Assembly (NCBI GenBank): GCA_038845975.1
Contig: JAWBQF010000030.1
Span: 1-33,591 of the forward strand
Direction of reading: 5' to 3'
From: Candidatus Methanomethylicia archaeon
Lineage (GTDB): Archaea; Thermoproteota; Methanomethylicia; CALHIW01
Length of the DNA stretch: 33,591 bases
Shown here: positions 1 through 10,906 of the stretch, one piece after another
Position numbering within the stretch: position 1 is the first letter of the stretch
How the letters are laid out: every line of letters begins with the position of its first letter
Program-made: the position numbers and the translations under genes
The notes under the pieces: model-generated
The model's database searches: none
What the model was told of the DNA's origin: nothing
What the model saw: the letters and a program-made list of their open reading frames with translations, nothing else

Positions 1-127
1 CCCAATAAGGAAAAGCCTATCTTCAAGATAAAACTCTTCATAAGGCTCTTCGTCCTATGGTACAACTTCATAAGGCCGCATCAAACCCTAGGAAGACCGC
101 CAGCAATACCGATAACTTGACAGTATC
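1..127 (+). mobile_element. 3' end of an IS6-family element, truncated by the window edge
   Basis: Nearly identical to the reverse complement of the 31172 end of the IS6 copy at 31172-31849. It ends in the same terminal repeat AACTTGACAGTATC (114-127). Confidence 0.8.
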
Positions 128-336
128 TATAAAACTAATAATAAAATAAATAACCAATAAAATACCTAAGTAAAAGCAGCAACAGAAATATCTAGAAAAC
201 ATAAATATATGAAAGTTACAGGCAACTAAGAAAAGCAGCTCTGAAATCTATTCAGAATGCTAATGAGCTACTAAGAACAGATTAAAGTAACCGAAAAATA
301 TTAGTTAATCCACCTTTTAAAGAATATTAATAGAGG

Positions 337-639
337 ATGTTAAAAGTGAATATACAAATACTAAAAATCAGTAATGAAGAATTAGTTTTTGAAATTGATG
401 AAGGACATACTATTTGCAATCTATTGTGCAAAAGACTTCTTGAAAATCCAATGGTAAAATTTGCGGGTTATAATATCAAGCATCCATTAACACCAACATC
501 AATAATAACAATTCAAACTAAAGATATAAATCCAATCAATGCTCTAGAAGAAACTATTAGTAAGATATATAGTGAACTTAATGAAATTAAATCAGTTCTT
601 TATGAGGTAAGCAGGAGTGAAAATGAGAAGACAAATTAA
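337..639 (+). CDS. rpoL: DNA-directed RNA polymerase subunit L (Rpo11)
   Basis: EGHTICNLL and V.FAGY.I.HPL motifs of the RpoL/RPB11 family; 100 aa. Confidence 0.93.
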   Translation: MLKVNIQILKISNEELVFEIDEGHTICNLLCKRLLENPMVKFAGYNIKHPLTPTSIITIQTKDINPINALEETISKIYSELNEIKSVLYEVSRSENEKTN

Positions 640-1015
640 GATAGGAGATATTACTATTACGAAACATTTATCTTCATTTGGAGATGTTATAGTAAATTTT
701 ATTTATTCATGTGCATGGACACTTATATGTAAGAAACCTTATGGATTTAAAGTTTCAAGTTGTAAACTTGCAAAAGCTATATCAATGGCTGGATTAAGAT
801 CGATACTACCATCAGGATTATCAACACATGATTTAGCAAACATATATGAGGCATTAGCAGCTTACGTTTTCTTAAGTGGAAGTATGAATGTTGATGAAAT
901 GATTAGGATTTTATCATCGAAGTGGAGGGAAATTAGTAATAAAAATGATGCAGACATATATTCACTTGCATGTCTATTAAGAGAAATATGTAAAAAAATT
1001 AGAATTTCATCTTAG
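617..1015 (+). CDS. archaeal ribonuclease III-like family protein
   Basis: L..FGD..VNFIYS and AN.YEAL.AY motifs; overlaps the rpoL stop, a position typical for this family. Confidence 0.7.
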   Translation: MKMRRQIKIGDITITKHLSSFGDVIVNFIYSCAWTLICKKPYGFKVSSCKLAKAISMAGLRSILPSGLSTHDLANIYEALAAYVFLSGSMNVDEMIRILSSKWREISNKNDADIYSLACLLREICKKIRISS

Positions 1016-1372
1016 ACTGTTTATATACTTATATTAGGTAGTTTGGACCTGACGACTTAATAAGTTGTATAGGTTCTATTGTTTATTTTTCATGTTGGTG
1101 TTAAGGGTTCATTATGGTATTGGAATTTTGAGGAAAATAAGGTTCTATTAGATGTTAATCTGGTATAGTATTCATGTAGATGTTAGTTTAATGGGTTTCT
1201 AAAGTATTATTTAGGTTTATAGGATGTTGTTGTAAGAGTGAGTAAGCTTTTGGGATAGGTATAAACATTATTAATAACAACGTCAACCAAATAAACTAAA
1301 TCATAAAACTATTCATACTACACTACAACCACATAGAAGATAAACTAAATTATCTTTTTTAAGTTTAAAATA

Positions 1373-1637
1373 CTTCTGCTTAATTAGTATGATCATCACG
1401 TCCATAGTTTTCTTCCTGTGAGTTTAAGCATGTTCTATTATCTTTTATTTAGTATTGTTTCTCTAAGAAATCCTTAGTATTTATCTTTTTATTGATTCAT
1501 GTTTCGTTTAGTAATATTATTAATTTTATAGCACGAGTACATGTTTACCATCATAATTCTCTTCATGATGGTATGTAATTGTTAAAAATACTCTTAACAC
1601 GTATTATTTACTTTAAATGCTTCTGCTTAATTAGTAT
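1373..1637. repeat. 18-bp direct repeat CTTCTGCTTAATTAGTAT (1373-1390 and 1620-1637)
   Basis: Exact match seen in sequence; both copies are preceded by TTTAAA-like sequence. Confidence 0.6.
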
Positions 1638-2050
1638 TCTATAGTGCACTATTCCATGTTTATGTATACACTAGTAATTTGTTATTTTGGAACTATGTAA
1701 CCTGTGAGAACGATGTAGATGTAAATGTATTTGTAACTTAATCCATATGTAAGCATCCTTCTAATAAAGCTTAAAAGCAACATATAGCACTACAGCATTT
1801 TAAAAGCCTTTGCAAGTGTGTAACTGTCAAAACATGTTAGTGTGGAAAACTTTTAGAATTAATTACTAGTTATTTGTTTAGCATGTACTATCAATTGTAT
1901 AGATCTAAGGCATAGCCTTTAGCAACATTAAGAATTTAAGACAAAACTTATACATCAAATCCATGCTTTAAGCTATTAAGAAATGAAAAACATTATTTTA
2001 GAGAAGTTTGAAGCCATTTCATAAAATAAAGTTAATAAAAGTTTAAGTTT

Positions 2051-2177
2051 TACTTTGTAGCTTAATTCTGAAATTCATAAATTTAAATTCACATAAGATA
2101 CAAGAAATTTTAATAGGATTCTATAATCGTAGTATTTAATGGATAGAAATGGGAAACAAGTATTAAGCTACAGAGCT
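2051..2177. mobile_element. MITE related to the IS5-family element at 8317-9277
   Basis: Ends TACTTTGTAGCTTAATT / TATTAAGCTACAGAGCT resemble the IS5 TIR AGCTTTGTGGCTTAATT. Flanks TAAGTTT/TAGGTTT match 6/7, fitting a 7-bp target duplication. A second copy lies at 23547-23635. Confidence 0.65.
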
Positions 2178-2246
2178 TAGGTTTATAAAACTGCTAAATC
2201 TATTTAAGATCTTAACTTTTAGATAATAGTATCTTAGGGATAACTT

Positions 2247-2726
2247 ATGATTGTAACTGATATTCAGAAAGTTAGGTCAATAGCAAATTATCAGTTTGGA
2301 AAAAATGCTGGAAGTATATTGTTTGATAACAATGTTAAGTTAGTTAAATCACCAAGTACGGGACGTATAAGATATATATATGATGAGTTAGGAAATCTTA
2401 TAGCATCCATAAGAAGTTATGATGGACTTTTGGCGCTTGCATTAGAAGGTGGGCGTAGGCTGTTAAAAATTTTTCCTTACCCAAAATTACGGGTAGTAGT
2501 CACCGACATCGCTAGGGATTATGTTCTTAGCGGAAAAGATGTACTTTCAAGATTTGTGGTTGATGCTGATGAACATATAAGGCCAAGCCAGGAAGTTATA
2601 GTTGTCGATAAATTTGATAACTTACTAGCTGTAGGCAAATCTATACTAACAGGTTATGAAATGAAATGTTTTAAATCTGGCATCGCTGCTAAAGTAAGAC
2701 ATTATCAGAGTAGTCTAAAATCTTAA
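2247..2726 (+). CDS. stand-alone PUA-domain protein (C2+PUA module like the archaeosine TGT C-terminus)
   Basis: IANYQFG, TGRIRYIY, DGLLAL...GG..L, IRP..EVIVVD...LLAVG and AAKVR motifs. Confidence 0.8.
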   Translation: MIVTDIQKVRSIANYQFGKNAGSILFDNNVKLVKSPSTGRIRYIYDELGNLIASIRSYDGLLALALEGGRRLLKIFPYPKLRVVVTDIARDYVLSGKDVLSRFVVDADEHIRPSQEVIVVDKFDNLLAVGKSILTGYEMKCFKSGIAAKVRHYQSSLKS

Positions 2727-2866
2727 TAAGTAAAAAATTTAAAATCAATAGGTGAAATATGATGAATATAGAATCATTAAAATTAGCTACCGAATTTTTA
2801 ATAGTAATTACATTAATATTAATATTAATTAGGGTATACTTGTCGATAAAGCAAGAATAGTTAGCT

Positions 2867-3664
2867 ATGTCCTCATTTAAATTAATTGATGAATTAATAA
2901 ATAAGCTAAAAGAAGAAAAGGATATTAAATTAACGAAAGAAGATATAATAGTTTTAATTAAAAACAAAGTTAATAAGCTTAAAATTATTGATGATGAAGC
3001 AGCTTTATTCATTATTGCAAAGGAGTTAGGTGTTAAACTAGTCGATCAACCTATCAGCGACTTAAAACTTAACATTATAGATCTAGTTAATGGGTTGAAA
3101 AATATTAATATAAATTGTTATGTTGAAGATATAGATTACATGTTTTATGACTGTCTAGATGAAACTAAATGCTACATCAAGCTTAAATGTTCTGATGATT
3201 CTGGATTAATCAATGTTAATATCCGAGGAAAAAATGCAAGGTTATTAATGGACGAAGGCATTTACCCGGGTATGCAGCTTACACTACGTAAGTGTTATGT
3301 AAAAAACAATGATGGTTTAATTGAGCTTTGCTTAAGAAAAAACGGTCATATAGATATTAATTTAACTGATATACACAAAGAGGTAGTAATCGGTACTGTT
3401 AATAAGATAATCGAGGTAAAAAATAAGAAAAAACTAATTAAATCAATATTAACCATTAGACAATTCAATTCAAGTAACTTCATTAGATTATTGCTACTTG
3501 GCAATTCTTTAAAAATATTAAGTGAAATTAAGTGTGGGCACTCTATTGAAGCTTATGGCACATATTCTTACAATGGATACTTTTATGTAACAAGATTGAG
3601 TGATCTACATATTCTGGGTTATGGTAATTGCTTTTTAAATCGTTACAGCAATAAAAGTCTTTAG
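2867..3664 (+). CDS. divergent RPA-like OB-fold single-stranded nucleic acid binding protein
   Basis: N-terminal I.DEAALFIIAKELGV motif, then I.DL..G..NINI and a DDSG.I.V OB-fold signature. Confidence 0.6.
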   Translation: MSSFKLIDELINKLKEEKDIKLTKEDIIVLIKNKVNKLKIIDDEAALFIIAKELGVKLVDQPISDLKLNIIDLVNGLKNININCYVEDIDYMFYDCLDETKCYIKLKCSDDSGLINVNIRGKNARLLMDEGIYPGMQLTLRKCYVKNNDGLIELCLRKNGHIDINLTDIHKEVVIGTVNKIIEVKNKKKLIKSILTIRQFNSSNFIRLLLLGNSLKILSEIKCGHSIEAYGTYSYNGYFYVTRLSDLHILGYGNCFLNRYSNKSL

Positions 3665-4039
3665 TTTACATAATTTAATTTACTTAGGTATTTTATTGGT
3701 TATTTATTTTATTATTAGTTTTATATCTTTAGAATTTGAGTAAGTTGGTATGTTTAGTTTTTATATTTTCTATGTATTGATAGCTATGGTCTTATTAGGC
3801 TACATTTATTCTCACAGTTCTTGATGAACGAAATATATAGGCATCAACTAGAGTAAATAGACGCTACTAACAAATCTAGCAACTTTAACCATACTGGCAC
3901 CACAAATAAGGAGTCTCCAAAATAAAGCTAAAGTTAACAAAACCATTAAAAAGGTAGAAAAACTTAAATAGTTTAAGATGGGTTCAGTAGTTTGTAGATG
4001 TGTTAGTGGCGAAGGAAATGACCCATATTAGGGATATTT

Positions 4040-6160
4040 ATGTTTAGAATTAATAAGATGGTCAGAGAGTCCTTATTGATACATTTCAAAACTGTTAATA
4101 AAGTTTCAGTATTAACAGCATTAATATTGATGCTAATTTGCTTAATATCCATTAGCTTAAGAGCTATGAATTCTATTTATGGATTATATCTTAATGAATA
4201 TGATCCGCATTTTTGGTGGAGGTGTACATCGTATATATTGGATAAGGGTTTTGGAAGTTGGTTTTCATGGATTGACGATAAGTCCTGGTTTCCAAATGGC
4301 AGAAATGTATCTTTAACATCTTATCCTGGAGTACCATTTACTGGAGCTATATTGTATATTGTTGCTAATACTATTGGAATTTCTCTACCGCTTTATAATT
4401 TTCTATCTCTTGTACCAATCATACTTTCAACAATAGTTGTGATCCTAATTTACTTAACCGTTCGCGATGTATTTGATGAGACTTCAGGCTTGATGGCTGC
4501 CTTATTAATGGCTACAAGTAGCCCATATATAGCTAGAACAAATGTTGGATGGTTTGATACAGAATCAGTTGGTATGTTCGCCCTACTTTTATCTATTTTC
4601 TTCTTAGTAAAAGCTATAAAGAGAGAATCTATGCTTTACGCCCTTTTCTCTAGTGTAGCTGGAGGGTACATGTCTGTAAGCTGGGGTGCTTATATATACT
4701 TATTTAATTTGATAGCTCTATACATACTTATCCTAGTACTTATAGGTAGAATTAATAAAAATCTTGCTAGAATTTTTACAGCATATGTAGGAATAAGTGT
4801 TTTAATTGCTGGTGTAATTCCATATTCGGGTACTTCAATTGTAAAATCTGTTGGAGTGGCTCCCATGCTAATGGTGTGCTTGTTGGTTATTCTATCCACT
4901 ATGGTAAGGCCATTCCTGAGTAGGAAGCTAGGTAAGTTATTATTTGTTATTGCTCTCATTCTATTTATTGCATTAATCTATGTCTTATACATTATTGAAT
5001 ATCTTAAACCTCTAACAAGCAGAGTTTTATCTGTTTTGAACCCAGCTTTACGTGGAGAAAATCCATTATTACAATCTGTTGGCGAGCATCTAGTTCCATC
5101 ATGGATAAGCATATATTCGGACTTTAGCTCTTTATTGATTTTTGCAGTTGTGGGACTCTGTATCCTGCTTAGAAGAGGTAAAAACAACGATCTTTTACTT
5201 GTTTTATACTTAGTGTCTGCTTCGTACGCTGCTGCTTCAATGGCTCGACTTAATATACTTGCTTCTCCAGCATTTGCAATGCTTAGTGGTATATGTATAA
5301 GTCATCTTCTTAAACCATTCGTAAAACTAATAAAAATGAAGAGGGTTTTAGTCAAGAAACGGAAGGCAAAAACACAACCACTAGATAAAGTATATGGTGT
5401 AATTATAATATTCCTAATTTTATTCCTTATATTTTCCCCTTTATCTAGTGGTATTAAAGTATCCGGTAGCCCCCAGCAAATTGTTTCTGGAGGATTATCG
5501 ACACTAAGAGAGGTTCCGGACTGGATGGAAACTCTAGTTTGGATCCAAGACAATACTCCTCCAGACTCAGTAATAATAGCATGGTGGGATTATGGATACT
5601 GGATAACATCATATACTAATAGAACAACATGTGCAGATAACGCCACTCTAAACTCAACACAAATTAAGCAAATAGCTAAAATGTTTATGAGTAATGAAAT
5701 AGAAGCTGTAGAAATAATTAAAAAATTAGTACAAAATAAACGTTTAGATAGAATATATATATTAATATTTTCTCCTCTTTCAGCGGTATTTCCGAATCAA
5801 GGAAGTAGTAAGTACACCTTGGGTGGTGATGAAGCGAAATGGTTTTGGATGGCAAGAATAGCTAACATCAGCGTTAATAGTTTAGTAGATAAAGACATAA
5901 TGAAATCTTTAGAAAATCTTGCTGTACGAGGTTTAAACTTGACATTACCAGACCGTGAAAGGACACTATTAGGAAAACTATTAATATATGGCAGTTATGC
6001 TGAAAACCATGATTCTGAATTTGCTACATGGTATAGTTATATGCTAGTATATTATGGCTATATGACTACACCGATAATTGTTAATAAACCAACATTCTTT
6101 GATTTAGTATATAGATCCTCCAATAGAATCGTTCTAGTTTTTAAATTAAACCTGGTATGA
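4040..6160 (+). CDS. aglB: oligosaccharyltransferase AglB (STT3 family)
   Basis: E.DP.F, GWFDTE, SVGEH, WWDYGYWI and ADNAT motifs; multiple TM helices. Confidence 0.95.
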   Translation: MFRINKMVRESLLIHFKTVNKVSVLTALILMLICLISISLRAMNSIYGLYLNEYDPHFWWRCTSYILDKGFGSWFSWIDDKSWFPNGRNVSLTSYPGVPFTGAILYIVANTIGISLPLYNFLSLVPIILSTIVVILIYLTVRDVFDETSGLMAALLMATSSPYIARTNVGWFDTESVGMFALLLSIFFLVKAIKRESMLYALFSSVAGGYMSVSWGAYIYLFNLIALYILILVLIGRINKNLARIFTAYVGISVLIAGVIPYSGTSIVKSVGVAPMLMVCLLVILSTMVRPFLSRKLGKLLFVIALILFIALIYVLYIIEYLKPLTSRVLSVLNPALRGENPLLQSVGEHLVPSWISIYSDFSSLLIFAVVGLCILLRRGKNNDLLLVLYLVSASYAAASMARLNILASPAFAMLSGICISHLLKPFVKLIKMKRVLVKKRKAKTQPLDKVYGVIIIFLILFLIFSPLSSGIKVSGSPQQIVSGGLSTLREVPDWMETLVWIQDNTPPDSVIIAWWDYGYWITSYTNRTTCADNATLNSTQIKQIAKMFMSNEIEAVEIIKKLVQNKRLDRIYILIFSPLSAVFPNQGSSKYTLGGDEAKWFWMARIANISVNSLVDKDIMKSLENLAVRGLNLTLPDRERTLLGKLLIYGSYAENHDSEFATWYSYMLVYYGYMTTPIIVNKPTFFDLVYRSSNRIVLVFKLNLV

Positions 6161-6163
6161 ATT

Positions 6164-6319
6164 TTATGAATATAGTATCTTTCTCCTATATTTAGCATAC
6201 TTGTCCTCAGGAGAGAATTTCGGAGGATGAGGTGAAATTATTTCTCCGCCGCAATATGGGCATGATTTTTGTTTTAGTGTATATTTTCCACATGCTACAC
6301 ACTTCTTCATAAGAGTCAT
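6164..6319 (-). CDS. nop10: H/ACA RNP protein Nop10 (missed by the ORF track)
   Basis: Manual translation MTLMKKCVACGKYTLKQKSCPYCGGEIISPHPPKFSPEDKYAKYRRKILYS; zinc ribbon plus PPKFSP.DKY; follows aIF2-alpha. Confidence 0.95.
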   Translation of the reverse strand: MTLMKKCVACGKYTLKQKSCPYCGGEIISPHPPKFSPEDKYAKYRRKILYS

Positions 6320-6358
6320 AATATTAACGAATTAGCTTTATGAATTAATACTAGTTTA

Positions 6359-7165
6359 TTATTTACTCTGTTTAATTCTTATAAACATTCCTGTTCCACC
6401 GCTTTTCTTGATAGTGCTTATTGCTATATTAACCATTTTAGACAGAGCTTCTTCAGCTTCTTTATAACTTTGTGCTCTTACATCTAGTCTATATTTTGGT
6501 GCTCCCAAAGTAAAAATGTTAACTTTAACACCACTATGTTTTTTCCCTTCTTCCTCAGCATTAATCAATGCTTCCTTAATTAATTTCACTCCATTCGGTT
6601 TATTAGATGATAATTGCAAAATTCCATAAACATGCACTTCAGGAAGTTTTATATTGTCTCTTGCTACACTAATTATTACAGGAATTAACTGTTTTGGGAT
6701 TCCAATTTTTTCTAAATTATATTCTGCTTGTTCAGTAATGGCTTTCTCAAAACCGCTAAGTAAATCGCCATAGTTTTCAATAAATAACCTAGATATGGTA
6801 AAATATACTTCTTGAAAATCCTTACCTATACGTTGAGCAACAATTTCAACCAATTTTTTTCCTTTTTGATTTCTTTTCCACTGAGTCATTTTTTCTTTTT
6901 TTTCAGCACTTGTTACCCTTCTCAGTGACAAGAAAATATCTCCATCCTTTATATCAATAACCTTAAAAACCGCTTTTTGTTTTTCTTTAATATAGTCTCT
7001 TATATTATGTACCCATGTTGATGATATCTCACTTATGTGTACATACGCTTCAATACCATTATACTCATCTAAAGTAATGTAAGCTCCTGTAGGTACTATT
7101 GATTTCACAGTACCAATAACAACTTCATTAGGCTTTGGTAACCTTTTTTCAGCAATGTCATTCAT
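6359..7165 (-). CDS. eif2a: translation initiation factor 2 alpha subunit (aIF2-alpha)
   Basis: S1 domain (LDEY..IEAYVHISEIS..WV.NIRD), LSLRRV and GAPKYR. Likely start is ATG 7165 (ORF track starts at 7177). Confidence 0.95.
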   Translation of the reverse strand: MNDIAEKRLPKPNEVVIGTVKSIVPTGAYITLDEYNGIEAYVHISEISSTWVHNIRDYIKEKQKAVFKVIDIKDGDIFLSLRRVTSAEKKEKMTQWKRNQKGKKLVEIVAQRIGKDFQEVYFTISRLFIENYGDLLSGFEKAITEQAEYNLEKIGIPKQLIPVIISVARDNIKLPEVHVYGILQLSSNKPNGVKLIKEALINAEEEGKKHSGVKVNIFTLGAPKYRLDVRAQSYKEAEEALSKMVNIAISTIKKSGGTGMFIRIKQSK

Positions 7166-7167
7166 TC

Positions 7168-7374
7168 TTAACCCCATGAATCCAGTTGTTTAACTATTTC
7201 TGCCTCTATTCTTCCTTTACCTCCACTTGGCTTTAACAGCACTCTCCCACACACTAAGCAATTAACAACACTTTTAGCGTGGCTGAAAATTACTTGTTCA
7301 TTTGAACAATCAGGACATTTTACCTTTAAAAATCTACTCCTAGGTTTTGGTATTAGCTCTATTTCCTTTTTCAT
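7168..7374 (-). CDS. rps27e: 30S ribosomal protein S27e
   Basis: [22 protein letters not shown]...V.C..CG..L..P.GGK. Confidence 0.96.
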   Translation of the reverse strand: MKKEIELIPKPRSRFLKVKCPDCSNEQVIFSHAKSVVNCLVCGRVLLKPSGGKGRIEAEIVKQLDSWG

Positions 7375-7649
7375 TAAGCCACCTCTAACTTTTTAAGTCT
7401 TATTCCTATTCTCTGATATTGATGACCACATTTTTTACAAGTAACCTTTATTGCTTGTTTCTTAGTTATCTTTGCAAAACGTTTTTGAACGGGTTTTCTT
7501 GAACTTCCATATCCTTTTTTCTTTCTAGCATATCTTCTTGTTCCTTCAGCCAGTGTTCTTTCCTTTCCCTTTTTATATAATGATACCACATGCTCTGTAT
7601 GCATTCTACACCTTGGGCAATAAGTATTTATCTCCTTTGGTATTTTCAT
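7374..7649 (-). CDS. rpl44e: 50S ribosomal protein L44e
   Basis: MKIPK...TYCP.C..HT.H, RRY.RK..GYG and C..CG motifs. Likely ATG at 7649, after a GGAGAGGG RBS. Confidence 0.96.
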   Translation of the reverse strand: MKIPKEINTYCPRCRMHTEHVVSLYKKGKERTLAEGTRRYARKKKGYGSSRKPVQKRFAKITKKQAIKVTCKKCGHQYQRIGIRLKKLEVA

Positions 7650-8316
7650 TTCCCTCTCCAAGTATGCACTTAAGCTAAAGGGGCTTAATAAATTTAATCT
7701 TTAAATTACTATGGTCATTTTGCAGATGTTGAAGTAGCTTTAAGGTTAGGAGCTTTTAACCGTTTAAAATATAAATCATCCTCTTGTTACTGAATATGAT
7801 TAGATATTCTTTTATACTATAAACCTTGAATTGCTATATCTCCTTCAATAGAATTAGAACATTGTAGCGTAACTTTCGGACTGGCTTAAGATATTAGGAA
7901 TACAACTTTTAAGTTATTGCCCATTACTATGATGCATATAGTATTTTGAAAATTTTTCGCTCTTACTAGTTATCTTGTTAAGGTTTTATTTTCTTTTCTT
8001 ACTTTAGTTTATGAATTTTCTTTAGTGGGATTTAGGCTACTTGGTTACTTAAGTTAGTTAAGTAGTTTAATAGCGATGTAAAGTTTACTTTAAGCCTTAA
8101 GATTGTTAAGACTAGTATTAGTAGGTAATGCCAACTTATAACTGTATTGTTATATTATCTCTTTCTTACCCATACTTAACCTACTAGTGGTTAAGAATAC
8201 TACCCATATATGATTATTAGTTTTACATAATCCTGTATGCTCTCTAACTATATGACGTCGCTAAACATCTTATTGCCATTTGTACTTACGCTCGTTCTTA
8301 TTAATTTTAGCTATGT

Positions 8317-9277
8317 AGCTTTGTGGCTTAATTCTTTGTTGTTTAGGTTTCTTCTCTGATTTTATGTTTTCTTTTTGGATTTTGCTTTATAGGTTTATTA
8401 GCATGTTGTATATGTGTGCTTTGGCTTCTAGTTCTTTCTCTATTCTATGTTTTTTCCATGCAGTATTCTCCATACTGGTGTTTAATGTTGGGAATGTTGT
8501 TTCAACAGCTCAACGTCTACTGTAGCCTATCATTCCCACCCACCCTTCATCACCTACCTTTCTGATAAGCCTAACCATCTACGTCTTTCCGGAGGTCCTC
8601 TATCATCTCTAGCATTATGCCTAGGCTTTATGACGGGTTTTCACTCATCTCTCTAAGGAGATTGTAGGCTTCAGAATTATTGTAAGCTCCATCCATAACA
8701 GCTTCACAAAACCTCCCTAGAGGCATCATTGATTAATGCTGATAGCTGAGTCGTGGGCATCATCAGTTGTTACATCCATAGCTAAAACCTCTCTAGTCTT
8801 AACGTTTACTGAGAAGTGGATCTTGATGTAGTGCTTCTTCTTGCCGTGTACGCACGTAACCCATCAACCAGACTTATGCTAACACAGCTCGAGTCAACAG
8901 CTATAGCGATAGGGCTGCTTAAGCCCCTCAGCGAATCGTGTGAAGATGGGTTAAGCGTTAACATACGTTTCCTAATCCAAGAATAGTCAACTGATGGGGG
9001 CTTAGGGATAAGCCTATTCAAAGGTGAAGCCTTCAAGCTATCTGTAAGGCATTGAGAAGGGATAACGTACAATAGTGAGGAATTCAACATACCTAACGGC
9101 AATCTTGAAGGGATAACCTACCTTACCACGATTCAAAGCCGTAAGCTCAGAATCATAGCCTTCAAGAAATTCCAGGCTAAGAAGAAGCTCGCCGCGCCTA
9201 ATCAAACACTCATCAACAACCCTCCAATCCATAAACTAAAGATTCAATAAACCAAAAATTAATTAAGCCACAAAGCT
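8317..9277 (-). mobile_element. IS5-family (IS903-like) element with a disrupted transposase
   Basis: Perfect 17-bp TIR AGCTTTGTGGCTTAATT (8317-8333 / 9261-9277) and 7-bp direct repeat GCTATGT (8310-8316 / 9278-9284). Transposase fragments (MDW...LIRRGELLL, DYSWI.KR, IAVDSS) are broken by stops and frameshifts. Confidence 0.88.
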
Positions 9278-9733
9278 GCTATGTTTAATAGCCTATCCTT
9301 ACTCTCTCTATATCTCTACTTTATTTTTCTCTAACCCTGTCATCTACTCCTTACTAGGCTACACCCTTTAAATAGATTATGAGGTTGAATACTGTATGAT
9401 TGAAGTTTTACGTTTAATTCTTGAACAATCGGCTCTATAGTCAACATATCTTACTCCTATACTTAGTTAAATTAACAATCTTCAGTAATATATCCTGTAG
9501 TCTATTAAAGATTTATAGCATGCATCAAATACATGCTTCAAAATACCTGAGCAAGTCCAGCAATAAACTTAGCCACTAAGTCTTCTAATGATAGCTTAAA
9601 CTCTAAGATATAGCCTAATATAAATTCAGGACACTGCAAAAACATTAGCTAGAAATCTAAAGCTTATAATGATCTAAGACGATTTAAAGGATAAATTTAA
9701 ATAACATTCATAATCTTAAAGATAGTGATTAAA

Positions 9734-10063
9734 ATGGAGTTTTGCCCAAAATGTAAGACATTGTTAATTCCGAGAAAAAGCGAAGAAGGAACACATTTAA
9801 TTTGTAAAAACTGCGGTTATAAAATGAAAGCAAGTAGCTTACAGTATAAAATAGTTAAATTGAAAGAAAAAGAATCAAAAGGTTCTTTAAGTGTTGTTGA
9901 GGATAAAAATGAAAATTTAATGCCAAAGACAAAGGTAGAATGTCCAACATGTGGAGGCATCGAAGCATATTGGTGGCTTGTTCAAACTAGACGAGCAGAT
10001 GAAGCGCCAACACGATTCTATAAGTGTACCAAATGTGGATATACATGGAGAGAATACGATTAA
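9734..10063 (+). CDS. tfs: transcription factor S (TFS / RpoM-like)
   Basis: Two zinc ribbons; QTRRADEAPTRFYKC..CG..WRE with the intact DE acidic tip. Start is ATG 9734 or GTG 9725. Confidence 0.95.
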   Translation: MEFCPKCKTLLIPRKSEEGTHLICKNCGYKMKASSLQYKIVKLKEKESKGSLSVVEDKNENLMPKTKVECPTCGGIEAYWWLVQTRRADEAPTRFYKCTKCGYTWREYD

Positions 10064-10159
10064 ACATATTGATTTTATGTCAAGTATCAATGTTATATTT
10101 TACTACTACTGTTGGAAAGCCTTATTAGGATTGCTAAATTAATCTCTAGGGGATTAGTT

Positions 10160-10906
10160 ATGTTTAAATTTACACTAAAAGATCCAAAATCATTAAAGAT
10201 AGCTATTAGTGCAATGTCTAGACTAATAACCGAGGCTAACATGTTATATAAACCAGAGAGCATTATTATTCAAGCTCTTGATAGCTCCAGAATAGTCATG
10301 GTTGATTTAAGTATGCCTAAAACATATTTTGAAGACTATATTTGTGATAAAGAAGAACTACTTGGAATCAATATAGAGCTGCTTGAAGATGTTTTAAGGA
10401 GGTGTAAAGCTGAGGAATTAGAAGTTTTATATGAAGATGGAAGTGGAAGGCTTAAAATAACCGCAAAAGGTAAAGGAGTGAGAACATTTAGAATACCATT
10501 ATTAACCACAACTACAGATAGAATAAGAGTTCCTAACTTTACTTTTAGATGTAGAGCTAATATATTAAGTGAGTCATTTAAAGCAACAATAGATGATGCA
10601 GCATTATTTAGCGATTATTTAAAAATGGTATTTGAACAAAATGCTATTGTAATAAGTGCGTCAAGCGAGAAAGGAGATCTTGAAACAAAATTAACAGTGG
10701 AAGATGGATCTGTAATAAATATTGAAGTTGATGAGCCGGCAAAAGCATCTTACAGCATTGAGTACTTAAATAATATAATGGCTGCTTCAAAACTTTCTGA
10801 CATAATGCTGCTTCAATTATCAACAAACAGTCCATTAAATATACAATTTATGATGGAAGGAGAGGCAAGAATTCAATATTACCTAGCTCCAAGGGTAGAA
10901 GAGTGA
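10160..10906 (+). CDS. pcn: proliferating cell nuclear antigen (sliding clamp)
   Basis: QALDSSRIVMVDL, A.YS.EYL and YYLAPRVEE motifs. Likely start is ATG 10160 (MFKF). Confidence 0.95.
   Translation: MFKFTLKDPKSLKIAISAMSRLITEANMLYKPESIIIQALDSSRIVMVDLSMPKTYFEDYICDKEELLGINIELLEDVLRRCKAEELEVLYEDGSGRLKITAKGKGVRTFRIPLLTTTTDRIRVPNFTFRCRANILSESFKATIDDAALFSDYLKMVFEQNAIVISASSEKGDLETKLTVEDGSVINIEVDEPAKASYSIEYLNNIMAASKLSDIMLLQLSTNSPLNIQFMMEGEARIQYYLAPRVEE

Noticed and set aside
3978-4026. ATGGGT/ACCCAT-closed hairpin before aglB as an sRNA
   Set aside because: Only a 6-bp stem and no convincing C/D boxes.
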